The translations under genes were made by a program, and so were the position numbers. DNA of 64,000 nt from Spirogloea muscicola. Lineage: Eukaryota. The stretch covers positions 807,790 through 871,789 of the forward strand of contig WELB01000016.1 in assembly GCA_009602725.1 (NCBI GenBank), written 5' to 3'. The notes below the pieces were generated by a model. That model did not search any database, had not been told where the DNA came from, and saw only the letters and a program-made list of their open reading frames with translations. Shown one piece after another: positions 47,156 to 60,885 of the stretch (position 1 is its first letter; each line of letters starts with the position of its first letter).

Positions 47156-50100
47156 TCAAGAGTCAGGCTTAGATGCCCCGGCCGTGAGGGATGAGAACAG
47201 GCCAGCAGCCTGCGCTGGGAGCATGTCACCAATCGAGGAGACTGCGGACTTGCTCCGGACATGTCCATCTGCCAGGATCGATCCCAACTTGAAGGTGCCC
47301 TCTCCAAATTTAGTTCCGACCTGAATGGCAACGTGTACAACCACCTTGTGAGTAAATGGAGTGCAGCAAAAGGAGTGCCGTTGCTTATTGACCTCGCCAA
47401 AGTCTCCTCAGACTATGTGCAGACTCATCAGTATGACAGAAGCAAAGCACCCACAACATGTTGGAGTCAAGAGCGACCAGGTGCGGTTGACGCCGCTCTC
47501 CCTACCGAGCCCATGAAGGATTTCAGGAGGGGTTTGGCCCCGGCTGCCAAGCCCGCATAGGCGTTGTTGTCATTGAGCGAGAGATTGGAGAGGGGAGTCG
47601 TCTCAATGTTCGCCGCCGTGTTTGCTTTAACAAGTGATAAAGACTCCTGCGAGAAGCCTCGTCTCATCTTGCTTGCTGAGTTTGACTTGGGTAGTAGGGG
47701 AGCACTGCACATAGGATAGGAAATCATTGAGCTCAGCTTCAAGGAAGTGATTAGCAATGATTGGTATCTTATGACAGCAGATGTCAGCATAATCAAGAGG
47801 TTTCTCAAGTTCTACCGCAGGACCTCATATACTGCGACACCTGAGCTGCTTCAGTGCAGAAGTAGACCTGATGGGAAGGTAGCTGAAGCGCGGGACGGTG
47901 GCCGACACGTTGAGGGTGTTTGTGTCAGCAGTGTAGGGCAGCTTGGGCGGCGCTTCCATGTGGAGACGGTTCAGCTGAATGAGCGATCCAAAGAGGACCA
48001 CACACCTGTGGTAGTATCGCTGCTCATTCTGCCAAAGGTAGGGCTCATACCTGCGTCACGTTTTGATTGCCACTTCCTTATGACCACGTGGTCACAAGCT
48101 AACCAAGCATCACCAGCATTTCAGAAACTTGCAGGGTGACGACAATGGACGGACTCGGCAGAATGAAGTTGTTGCACCGACAGGAGCTCGATATTGGACT
48201 TACGTGGCCCAATCGATGGGGTCGATGCGGTTGTAAAGTAGCTCCAGAAGTTGGACAACTTTCTTCTTGCGATCATCCAATGTACGTTTTCCATTTGAGT
48301 CCTCCTCGGAACCACCAGAGAGCACGTCCCACAAGAACTTGAAGTCAAACAAGAGCTGGAGTATGCCCTTCTCAGAAACCTTACCGTCCACTGCAGAATC
48401 TCTGGTGAGGTTGTCATATGCTGCCAGGACCTGCCAAAGACGTCACAGTTGAATTTGACTCAAGCATGTACACTCTAATTGAAGCTGCAGCATCACCTCA
48501 TCAGATGAGAAGCATGAGAGGTAGGAGCAAAACCCTAGCCACATTCATTTGCGACTAAGCGCAGGCCACCTCCTTGGCCTGGAGCAACGTTGTTCAACGA
48601 TCCTCATACCTTTTCAAATAGCTTCCATGCGAACAATGAAAGGACAGCCACATCCAGCGTGTGGCTGCCCACTCGATGAATCTCACGACACCCTGAGAAG
48701 AGGAGTGACAAGGAGTATGAGGAGGGCATTGCAGGAAGCGCCATTCGCATCTCCACCTCCTCGCCACCGTCGTCCTCCTGCTTCAGCACAGTCTCTTCCC
48801 ACCCCTGTCGAGGAACATGTCAACATCAAAGCTGCTTGAGAGAAAAGAAAAGGATTGGGGCATGAGAGGTATGGAGAGTCACTCTTGCCATGGCAACTCA
48901 GGTAGCCATTGACAGTAAGCAGGAATGACTCCTGTGCAGAAGCGATAGGGAGACAAAGTCTCGCCAAAACCTAGGTGGCACGCTTATAGCACACGAACAA
49001 GGTCACCCAAAGACCTGCACGTACTTTGAGAGGCGACGTCGACGACAGCGTCTCGTCGCTCGAGAGCACCTTCATGAAGGTCTCCGCCAGCTGCTCAGTG
49101 ATCCACAGCACCCAAATCCGGTGCGCAGAGATGCTGACCCGCCGGAGCTCCGACTGCAGCTCGTGGAGCTTGCCTGCCTCCCCATTGCTCAGATTCCTCG
49201 AACCATCCTCACCTCTGCTTCTCCTCAGCGATCGCCAATTGGTCAATCCAGCCAGGTGAGCGGCATCTGTCTCATTCCAGCTAGGTCTCCGGCTCAGAAC
49301 TTTCCGCAAGCCGGCCGCTGCTACCTGGCTAGGCTCTTGGAAGTTGGGCCAGCTCGAAGGTGATCCCAAGACAAGGGGAAGATGCGTCGAGTACTGCCCC
49401 AAAGCAGCACAGAAGCGTCCAATTACAAGCGCCCGTTCGACATCTGATCGTGTTGTCGAGGTTGCGGAGCGACCGTTTCGCACTTCGACCCTGCTGCAAA
49501 GGGACCACACCTGTCCTATGAGCTGAGAGAGTAAAGAGTCCTTCACTTAGTAAATCTCACAAGATACACAACTGCAAGGACTTGCCGAAGAATGTGTACC
49601 AAAGTAATTGGATTTGTGACGGGTGGTGGCGCATGCATGATGTCCTTGACATATTCTGCATTTGTAGACACGGAGTGGGATCCTGAAGCAAACCTGGCAG
49701 CTCCAACGGATGAGGAGATGTCGTCCAAGAAGTGCTCAAGCTCTCGGATTAAGGCCAAGATGCAAGCAAAGCACCGGTCCTGCACGTAAGGGGCGAGCTC
49801 CTTGGCGCGCTCAGGGCCCTCTGGCCCTCGCAGGAGATGTTGCACGTCTTCCAAGATGCTTTGCAGTCTCGAGTCCACAAAATCGCGAAGCTGTGTGACC
49901 TCAGGGCTGTCCAACACAAGCGAGGGGAATTGCACGAGGTGAGGGGATCCACATGCCAGCCATGCAACATACGATGCTGATGGTGAGGTCGCTAACATTG
50001 ATGCATTTAGACGATGTGACCAGGTGATGTAGAACTCGTACAAACCTGAAGTAGGAGTTCTTTGCACTGGCCCAGTCCTTGTCGTTGTTTGCCACCTGCC

Positions 50101-53098
50101 AGACCAGATCTCCTTCGCTCAACTCAGACGTATCCAGCTGTCCATCCAGGCCATTGAGGTCCTCCTGGACTGGAGCCTTTGTCGCCACAAGGATCTTATT
50201 GACCTGAAGCACAGATCCCAGAACAACAACACTCCAGCTTGTCAGGGCCGACCACATAGGCTGCTTACAGAGCTAGAACCAGGCACCAAGCTGCTCTTCC
50301 AGCCGCAGGGCACATGCATGGCAATACAGCTGATCGAAATGTATGTCTATCAAGCAGTAGTAAATGACCTGTTCTTTTATTGTCAAGGAGCTGAAGCCGT
50401 CGTCCACCACCTCCTTCGCACGCTCCAAGAAGATGCTCTCGAAGAGGAGCTTCCAAAGGTCCAAGGGCTCCTTGAGCAGGAGCTCACAGACCCTGTCCCA
50501 GGGTGCATCTGGTCTCGACCCAAAGGCGGCACTCAGCCAGTCCAAGCTGCCAGCAAGGGCTCCACAATTTGACATCTCTTCGCGGACGACGGTTTCAGCT
50601 GAAGCAAGGTCTTGCACTGATCTCAAGTGCTTCAGCAGCTGCCGCCCTTCCACTGCACAACACAGATGTCTTGTCACCAGCTCTGTCTCGTACATAAGAA
50701 TGCTGATCCTAACATATGGATACAAGCAGCATGTCAGACATTCGGGCTTCTCGACCAGCTCGATTGAATTTGCGGCGCAGCTTGCACAACAAGCAGTGTC
50801 GCAACGCCAGAGCGGTTGGTGCTCAGAGACATGACTTGGGCATGGGCACTGCGCTGATTTCTGCTCCCTACCTGATACATTCTGAGCAAGAGATTGCAAC
50901 CATGCTTGGCAAGCTTCTGTGATGGCTTTTCCCGATAAAGCAGTCATGTCAGCTTCCAGCAGATCGCGATGACCTCGCCAGAGTTGTGCTTCTTTGTCGG
51001 GGTTAGGGATGCCGCCAAATAACTGGGAACCTGGGGCTGTGGTCAAGATAGTCTGGAACAAGGCTGGTGTCTGGCCTGTTGAGACCTCCAGAAAGAGCTC
51101 CCCAGCATGGCACAGCGATGACTGCCACAGCACACGAAGCACACAGTCGAATCATGAATGGAGGCCACTGCTGTCCCTGATACCCAAAGGGGATCTAGGC
51201 TGAGATGCTCATTGCTTCTTGAACCCATGACTCCTGCTTCTCAGAGCTGCTGAGCAGGTTTGGCAAGGCTGTGTGAGCAACCTCTCTCCCCTAGCATGCT
51301 AAGCAGGAGCAAGCCTTCCTGCCCTTAATTGAAGTCATTCACGGCATAGTACGTCGAGAAAGACTCAAGTATCAACCATTGAACAACTGTCACTGTCAAC
51401 AACCCTCAGTTATGACTACCCATCTCCTGAGTGCAATTTTACCTGGACAAGGGCTGTCAAGCGACAGAACACATCGCCAACTAGGTGTGCATCTGGTGTC
51501 ACCCCTGGCTTCATGGACCCGTAAATATGTGGCCTCAACCATGAGCGCCTTGAGTCTAGGAAGAGCGATAGCACCTGCAGTGGCAATCCATAGCAGAAGC
51601 TTCAGTGTGCAGAGCTATCAAGCTGGTCAAACCCTGCACTAATTGGTCACAGGTGGCCTGTTGCTTCCCATTACAGATTACCTGGTCGGACTTGAGGTCA
51701 TCAATAATTGCTGCTGCCGACAGCGCTACCGCATACTCCTGCACCGTCAAGTGCATTTCCTGCAGCCTGTCCCGGCTGGCTTGTGCAATCTGCAGGTTCA
51801 CCACAACAACCTCTCAAGGCATCAGCTCATTTATGCAGACAATTTGCACTTTGTGATGGCATGTGAGGAGAATTAGAATGCATGGCCTCGGAATCACAGG
51901 TCTCATCATTGCCAATCAGGCGGGTGTACCTGATTCCGGAACGGTTCGACCAGCAGCCACTGGTGGCGCAGGAGGGGGAAGGCGGCAAGCATGTCCTTCT
52001 GCTCGCCCTTCTCAGCCAATGCGAGCAGGCTGTGCACTTCTCGAGCCCTCAGGTAGCGCTCAGCCGCCTCCAAGTACATGTGCTCGTCTAAGCAGCCCCA
52101 GATCTTCTCAGGAGTGTCCACGAGGTACTTCACCCTGCTTCCGAGGCCGTAGAGGGCCTCCTTCTGCTTGCGAGCGTCATCCATACCTGGAGCTGTCGAG
52201 GTTGTGGCAATGCTACTATGCAGTGCATTGAAACCGGCCTGCACAGTGCCAGACCCTCCTGTGTTATGGTGTGACAGCATCGAGCACCAACACCATCAGT
52301 GCACGAGGACCTGACTTGCACCTTGAGTACCAGTCTCCGAGGTAGGCTGAGGACTTCCAGTCTCAAACCAAACGTTCTGCTGCAATGTGGCTGTGTGTGT
52401 AGACTATCTGATGGATATGCCAATCTGCCTCGAATCCAACACAGCACTGCCTGGATAGGGGCGCTGCAAGCCAGCAATACAACGGGCTCGTGTGCAGCTC
52501 ACCTCCATCTTGACGACGTTGTCGACGACTGCATCGCACAACCGGCGCATCTCCAGGATTGAGTCCGCTGATTCGATGAGGTCTCGGTAGCTGCAACATA
52601 TAAATCAGGCGCGACGGGATGTCAGAGACAGGCAGTGGCATCGACCAACCAACAACCCCCCAAGCTACATGGCCTGCTGCACACAGGCCACGCCTGGCAG
52701 CCAAATTGCGTCAATCAGGCTCTAATAACGTGCACTTAGGAGTATGGCAATCTCTTGAATGAAGTGATTGATACCTGGCCCCAACGAGCTGCCGCAGCTC
52801 CTCCTTCTTGTCCTCGATGTCCTTGCGGGTGCGGTTCTCGACCTGACGGCATAGGTGAGAGCCAAAGCAGCTGACCTTAGTAGCCATCGCAGGGCAACTC
52901 ACCTCAACCAATTGAGGAGCACTCAAGCGGCTCTAGTCGAAATGGCTTCTGCGAAGCTCTGGTCAGGGCAAGGCGACGTGTGTGGGCGGCCGCCTTCACC
53001 TCGCGGATCTCCACGACGGTGCGCGTCTCGAACAGGACCTCGGCATTGCGGCTGCTTGCATCCTCGCTGGCCTTCTGCTGGTAGCGGCCGCCCCGCAT
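47156..53098 (-). CDS. COG1: Conserved oligomeric Golgi complex subunit 1 (Vps51/Vps67 domain), multi-exon
   Basis: [92 protein letters not shown]-terminus [35 protein letters not shown]. Confidence 0.93.
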
Positions 53099-53196
53099 GG
53101 CGGCTGCCGTTCAGGCTCAGCGGCCGCCGGCGCGAGGCCTTCCGGCAGCGCCCGTCATCGGCGGCGGGCCCCGGCCCGGGCGTCCGGCCCGGCGGT

Positions 53197-53318
<122 letters not shown>

Positions 53319-53666
53319 NNNNNNNNNNNNNNNNNNNNNNNNNNNNNNNNNNNNNNNNNNNNNNNNNNNNNNNNNNNNNNNNNNNNNNNNNNNNNNNNNN
53401 NNNNNNNNNNNNNNNNNNNNNNNNNNNNNNNNNNNNNNNNNNNNNNNNNNNNNNNNNNNNNNNNNNNNNNNNNNNNNNNNNNNNNNNNNNNNNNNNNNNN
53501 NNNNNNNNNNNNNNNNNNNNNNNNNNNNNNNNNNNNNNNNNNNNNNNNNNNNNNNNNNNNNNNNNNNNNNNNNNNNNNNNNNNNNNNNNNNNNNNNNNNN
53601 NNNNNNNNNNNNNNNNNNNNNNNNNNNNNNNNNNNNNNNNNNNNNNNNNNNNNNNNNNNNNNNNNN

Positions 53667-56600
53667 NGCGCCGGCGCCCGGGCGTCGCCGAGTGAGCCTC
53701 GGCCAGCGGCGCCGTGAGGCTGCCGCCGGCCGCCTGGCGAGCACCGCGCCTCGTAGCTGGATATCGACAAGTCTGAGCTCCCACGCGCCCAGGACGAACG
53801 GCCGGGCTGCCCTTCCGCAGCTGGTGGAGACGGTAGTGACTGCAGGCAGGTGAGAGTACCTGCCCATTCCTTGCCTACTCTCGTGATCTCTGCACTCGAG
53901 GCCTGCAGACAATCAAGGCACTCATTTTTGCCGAATTTGATACGAGGGCACAAATTGATGTCGCTTTACTGTTAAGCTTTTCTCTCACTTGAGGTACTGA
54001 TACAATGATCAACTGCACAAGCAAACGGTCACGTCACTTCAGTGCTGACTTATCCTTCTGTGCTGATTATGCAGGCCACCTGAGCCATTGGTGGTCCGGG
54101 TGGGTGTTATATGCGGGGGCCCGTCAGAGGAACGGGGTATATCGCTGAACTCCGGCAGGTCCATCCTAGATCATCTGCAGGTTTGCAGACCTCGCAGCTC
54201 TTTGTGCTCGCCTTCGATGCACCAGTATGCCCAGAGCCCATACTGTCTTGTGGATAAGGGCCCTACAATACATGTGCTGATTGTGAGCAGGTCGGGTATC
54301 TGCAATGCAGGGTCCTGGTGTGGAGATAGACACCTACTTTGTTGACCGGAGCTTGCAGGTGTATGCCATTTCCCAGGCTCAGATGTACTCCAACACGCCC
54401 TCTGACTTTGACTTCAAGCTTGCAAGGTGTTCATTTTGGACCTGTTCAATTGACATCATTTGCTCATATTTCAAGCCATACCCTATTGCATAATGGTGCA
54501 TGAGTCAGCCACTGCTTGGAGAGTGCAATATTGATCCGTCCAATGATGATGTGGGTGCTTGACTGTCATTCCGGTTCTGCTTTCAGAAAACACACTGGAG
54601 GCAGCTTCAAGTAACAATCATCAGCTTGTCCTTTGTGCAGCACAGCCAGCAAATTTGAAACTCATGCTGCATTCTTGGCTCATCTTAAGCAAACTGTCGA
54701 TATTGTCTTCCCGGCTTTGCATGGAAAATTTGGAGAAGATGGAGGCATCCAGGTATGCAGACATCAGCGACGTGCTCCTCCTTTCATTAGCATTGGCACC
54801 GCAGCAGGTGGAGGAGCTGCTTCATAGAGGAACTGCTTCATCCTGCTCCTTACTGTGCAGCAGCTCTTATGCAAAAGGCAGCTGCCTTTAACCGTGACAG
54901 GAGCTTTTAGAAAGTGCTGGTATACCCTTTGTCGGCACCTCCGCTGCCAAAGCAGCTCTGGCTTTTGATAAGGTACCTCTCAATCAAGGCTCGGTCGTTA
55001 ACATGGATGTGTAAATTAATAACTCCAAGCGCTGGCTGACGTCCGTACGGACAAGTCCTGACAATGACATTGCACCGAATATATATGTTTTAGCATTCAG
55101 CAGCCATTGAGCTAGCAAAGCTGGGATTTGCAACCCTTCCGAGCTTTCTCTTCCAGGTGTGGCACCTCTTCAAGCTGTGCTTAAATGTGCTTCAAGGCCT
55201 CTGTATGATGTTCATTTCGTTACACATGTCATTCTTATATATGACCAGCCCTGGTAGCTAGATTGAGTGGACTTGTGCCAGGCAATTTATGGCACAATAA
55301 CTCTGCTCAATCAGCTACAAGGATGTGAATGTACTTCAAAGACCTGGTCAATGTCACGAGATAGCAATATCAGCGCTTTACATTTGGGCAGGACAATGAG
55401 GCAGACGAGGATGCACTGACGACCTGGTTTGCTGAACAAGATTTGTCCCCGAAACATGGGCGGGTGGTGGTATGTGGCTGAACTCTCTTGATAAGCAGGG
55501 TTCTGGCTTACGCCTGAGAAGATCTCCAAGTCTTTTTGTAAATTCACTTCCCCACGCTGTCAGGTTGACCGACGTCTTCAAAAGGGTTTGTCTTCTATTG
55601 ACACAATAGGTCAAGCCTGCAAGGGCTGGTTCAAGCTTGGGAGTGAGTGTGGCTTTTGGAATTCAGGAGACTATCGCAAGTGCCAAGTCCTTGATTGAGC
55701 AGGTCAGTGTTGGAGCTGTGTCGCTGAAGCTTGGCACTGTCACAACTCCCTTTTTGTGTCAACTTCTCATAGCGCCAGTAATGCGAAGAGAGTCACACAT
55801 GTCCTGGTAATGTTTGTCTGCAAAATCCTTGCACAATTGAGCACCTGCTGACTTTGAGAACTGTCTAGCACTCCTTCAATCGCACATTAGCAGGTTGACC
55901 AATTTGTGAGCATCAAGCCCTTTCAGAATTCAATACTGGCACTTTCATGCACTCCTCATCCTAAGAGAGTGCTGTTACTTTTTCCTTGTCTCTGACTCAG
56001 GGTATTGATCACAGAGTTGTGGTGGAAGCCTTTGCCGAAGGTGGGAAGGAGTTCACTGCTATTGTCCTTGACGCGGGGCTTGGTGACCGCTGCCAACCAG
56101 TCACCCTCCTCCCTACCGAGGTTTGTCTTGATACGTGCTCATCCAGAATGACACTTGAGATGTTAGAGCTCTTCTGCTGATTGATCCACACAGTAATTAC
56201 ATTCCACCTCAGTAGGCAATTGAGGTACACAAGTAGGCAAGATGTGCCTTTCGAGAGATTGACATGAGCAGGATAGCTTGTCTTCCTGGGATGCTTACGC
56301 TGATGACCTGCTTGCGAGCTATTTACAAATTACTGGACTTTGTATGACTACATAAATGCTTGTGCGTGCTTGGACGTGCCAGGTTGAGCTGAAGGGCGCA
56401 GAAGAGGAGGGCACTACTGCAATATTCGACTATCGTCGTAAATATCTCCCTACTGAGCAGGTAAGAGCCACCTCCAGAAAGAGCTCATCATTTCTCTGGA
56501 ACTCTGCTTCAGATATGTTTGTCTTGGGCAGACTGTGTAATTGGTTGTATCATTGTCAAATGCAGGTGTCTTATTATACACCCCCCAGGTTTCCTTTGGA

Positions 56601-59600
56601 AGCACTAGCGGGCATAAGGGAAGGTGCTACTAAGCTATTTGCAGCATTTTCTTTGAGGGACTTTGCCAGAATTGACGGGTGGCTTCTTCCTGCCAAAGGA
56701 AATGACATGGAGTACGTGGGAAGCAGCAAAGCTGGGATCATCGTCTTCTCAGATATCAACATTGTAAGGTTGTTATATGGGTCACTTAAGTAGCTTGCAT
56801 CTGCTGTTTTAAGCTCGACTGCATAGTCCAAGAAGAGGTTAAAAGTAAATCAACTTCAGCAACTGCTTGTCGTGTTGCCTGCTGCCATCAGATAAGCGGG
56901 ATGGAGCAGACAAGCTTTCTTTTTCAACAAGCTGCGCAGGTCTGTACCACACTTCCCCAGATACTGTCATCAAGTCATCTCATGATAATCCCAACCCTGC
57001 GCTGACAGGGTCAAGGGATGACTTGTGCAGGTTGGCTTTTCCCATGCAGATATTCTAAGGTTCATCCTGGCGAGAGCGTGCTCCCGGATTGGAGTACAAT
57101 TACCAAGTTGTGGACAAGCCAAAATCTCATGCCAGCATTCTGTACCAAGCACTTCAGAAATTCCTATCAAGCAACCCGTGTATGTGCTCTTTGGGGGCGA
57201 CACATCAGAACGACAGGTTTCCCTTATGAGTGGTACAAACGTATGGCTCAAATTGAGAACCTGGGATGATGTATGTCACTCTCCCTCACCTTCTTTGATC
57301 AATTTGGGTGCTCTATGCTCTTGACAAGCTTCAGGATTCTTACGCTGTTGTCGTGTCATTGTGACGCCTGCTGTAATCAGTCAGATCCATAGGAAGACAA
57401 TTTGCTTCTATGTCATATATGTTCATCATTTCAAAAAAAATCATCAATATAATTTACTTCGATACCAAAAGGCAGCGGTCATTCCAACTCGCTGCTTCTT
57501 CTAATGCTCCTGGCAAAGTATTCAGTGGCTGGGTGTCATGGTGTCTTTGACAGTTGCAAGTGAGTCCTTTCCTCCTATCGCCATCATATCTCAATTCAGG
57601 CGAAAAATCCATTGATTCTCGTCAGCATCATTTGGCAAGTCCCTTGGAGAGGATAGTATGGGCTCTGCCGTAAGTTGTTGCAACTGCCAAATGCCATTTT
57701 ACATTTGTCCTGGCTGAACATCAGTCCGTTAGGTTTCATCTTCTTGGTTCTCCATGTGCTTTCTCAAACTCTTGGTTGCAACTTCCTATGTGGTAGTAAG
57801 CGAAGGACAGTAGGTCCGTGTACCTTAGCCAGTGGTTCTTACTTGCAGCCTGTATTGTTTCCAGGAAATATTAATCTGCCAAAACCTGCTCAAATGTCCA
57901 GCTCTAAACACTAGCTCTCCGTTCACTGCCTTCTTGCCCTGGAATGAATTTTTGTGATGTGTATCTGCCTGACAGGTATTATTCTGTGCTTCGACATACG
58001 GTGGAAGAAGTTGTTGACGCTTGTGAGATGTCAACAGACCCTTCAACAGCTGCTATAATGTCGCAAGTCCAAGAGGAGGTGGTAAGGAGCTTAGCAGAAG
58101 CCAGCCAAGGCAGCGGGGGTATACAGCAGCAACTTGGTACACTGGAAAAGCAGATGCCTCAGCGTTTACAGTTGGCGAACATTCTTGAGCTTGCCCAACA
58201 AAATGGGGCTGTTATATTCCTGGCTGGTAAGCCCGCACCTTCTAGTAGTCCAGGTTGCTGAGGCTGGACCTGCCATAGCTTGCACATCCATCTCCTTGAC
58301 AAATCATGGTCTTTCAGGATCAGAACCACAGTAACTCTCTTAAGTTTCCTTCTTCGTGGAATTTTACTGTGCATTATGTAGTGCATGGGGGAATTGGAGA
58401 AGATGGCACGTTGCAGAAATTGTTTGAAGGCTCCGGAGTTGCTTACACGGGTAATCGTCTTCTATGCTCACCATAAGCATGACTCATTGCATGTAAACAT
58501 TCAGTGTCAAGTATGAGAGCATGTGTGAGAACTTTCATTCCAGTGCAATCTGGAAGCTTAGGCAATAAAAATTACAGAAGGTGTCACTATGTGATCATGG
58601 TGTTCGTATGGCTGCACACCACATTTGCAGGTTCGAGCTCTAAAGTTTCCCGCCTTTGTATGGACAAGGCTGACACAGCCAACGCCCTTAAAGGGGTTAG
58701 TCACTCTCCATCTGCTCAGTAATGTTGATTCTGGGCCTTCGTACTCTCTTGAGTAAGCTACTATGATGAGTGGATACTGAGCCAAGCATACCACTAACTG
58801 TCCCCTTTTGGTACTTTCACTGCCAGCTTGAAGGCAATGGTGTGCATACAGCAAATAAAGTTGTGGAGACTGTGGCTGCTCTGCTTACATTGCAAGGAGG
58901 AGCAGAAGGCAAGACAGCTGACAGCTCTAATGACCGCACCTGGTGCTCCTTGACTTCAAGGCTTGGAGCTGATTCTCTGTGTGTGAAGCCAGTGTCTGAT
59001 GGCTGCTCAACAGGTGTTGCCAGATTGAGGTGCATGCTGCAACCCTTTGGGCACTTTATAATTGTTGTTTCTGGTACCCAACTAGCGTGGGATGCCTTCT
59101 TGCCAGTTGAAGGAGGAAGTCAAGATGATGAGCAATCTGCTCTAGAAACCTTCAGAATATTGGAAGGTCATGGTAAAAGATAATATGCTTGCATTGTACT
59201 TTGCATTGATAGATAGTAAATGGTCAGATGACAAATGTTCTCTTGTTGTTGGAAATGCCAGTTGTCCCCAAGATTTAAGCACGTATGTGGCTGCACTGTG
59301 CAATGAAGCTCCTAGGCTCTTACCTGGCTCACTTAAGAATGTAAGCAGCTTGTGACTTCAGCACCTGGATGCCTATATAGTACTGCATGAGTGGAGGGTT
59401 TTTCTTGTGTTGTCATTCATGTGATTCACCAAGTAGCAGTTGAACACCAGTAGCAGATGTATTAGTCACAGTAGTATTGCAGTCATGCGGTGCACTAAGT
59501 AGATGCTTCTGCTAGTAACCTGAAGGGGACAGGGCTAATGAGGTCACTGTGCACTGTGCAGCTCAATGGAATGATCGAGATGCCCGTGCCAGCTCCTTCA

Positions 59601-60885
59601 TCATTGCTATTTGAGCCCTTCATTGAAACAGACCCGATCAGCTTCAATGCTGAAGGGAAGCTTGTGTGGGAGGGGAAAAGTAGATTGGTGGAGATTACGC
59701 AGGCTGTGCTTGGGAAGCAGGGCCAAATGGTTGCCCTGAATCCCAGCATCACTGTGAAGGAGAGCGGCGATGTGCTCTCATTAGAGGAGAAGTTCCAAGG
59801 TATAGATGCTCAAGCAGCTGATCAAGCAGAGTGCTCGCGCTGCATCATGCCAATGCAGCTGTTAGTGTGCGTTTGGCATATCGGAGTCAAGTCCTCTTCA
59901 ACAGATTTGACAGCAGGATAGCAGGATAGCAGAGTCTGGTTAAAAGTTGCTACCAGGCTTATAATTGATGGAGGGATGTGGCAGGTGGCACCGGTGTCAA
60001 TCTCACACCACCTCCAGCTTCCATCATCAGGTATGCATAGTAGAGACTGGGTGACTTCAGAAGGTAATTTAATGTATCAACCATACCTCGCAGCTTGCTT
60101 AATATGACTTTTGTGTAATCTTGAAACCGGTTCTGTTACCTCTGAGGTCGTCAGAGCTTGACAATGAGATTGTAACACCTGTATGACTGGTCTGAATGCA
60201 GTGAAGAAGTTGTCGCAATGGCAAAGAGACGGATGGAACTTGTTGCCAATACTCTTGGGCTTGACGGTTTTGCTCGGGTGGATGCTTTCCTCCACGTTGA
60301 CACTGGTGAAGTAAGCCCGCAGCATCACCATCCTGATGATAAGCGACTGAGCTTTGTGCAGGATCTGTCCAACTTGGGCTGTGACTGTGAGCTCCTTCTA
60401 CTATATGACAGATGTTGCTGCAGTACCTGCACCGCTGAGATTGCCTGCTGCATGCTCCTCTGCATCAAGGCTGCTGGTCTGTCCAGATTATACTTCATGA
60501 GGCCCACGGTGTTGATTGATGGTTGCCAAAGGTTAGGGTGACAGATGTCTGAAGCAGGTGATGTGCTGCTTGACAGATCCTTGTTATAGAAGCCAATACA
60601 GTTCCAGGCATGACTCCCTCCACCGTCCTCTATCAGCAGGTCAGCATGGTGATACTTGTGCAGCATGAGTAAGAGGCATTGCTTGAGCCGTGTTACTAAT
60701 GACCTTATTGAAGTCTGCAAATGGGTATCCATGGGTATGAGTACTCAGTGATGTTGATTCGTTTTGTCTAATTTGGCATGGATATGGTGTTGTGGCAGTG
60801 CCTTGCAGAGAAACCTCTTATCTATCCCCGGGATTTCTGCCGGAGGGTTGTTAATCATGCTCTTGCACGCTCACGTTGTACTTAA
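53667..60885 (+). CDS. DDL: Plastid-type D-alanine--D-alanine ligase with two tandem ATP-grasp modules; start lies in the gap
   Basis: Module 1: VGVICGGPSEERGISLNS, FPALHGKFGEDGGIQ, VKPARAGSSLGV, FDYRRKY, RDFARIDG. Module 2: VLFGGDTSERQVSLMSG, VHGGIGEDG, VKPVSDGCSTGV, GFARVDAF, IEANTVPGMTPST. Stop TAA at 60883-60885. Confidence 0.93.

Noticed and set aside
53667..60885. Bacterial contamination or recent HGT for the ddl and men genes
   Set aside because: They have many spliceosomal introns and plant-type fused architectures.
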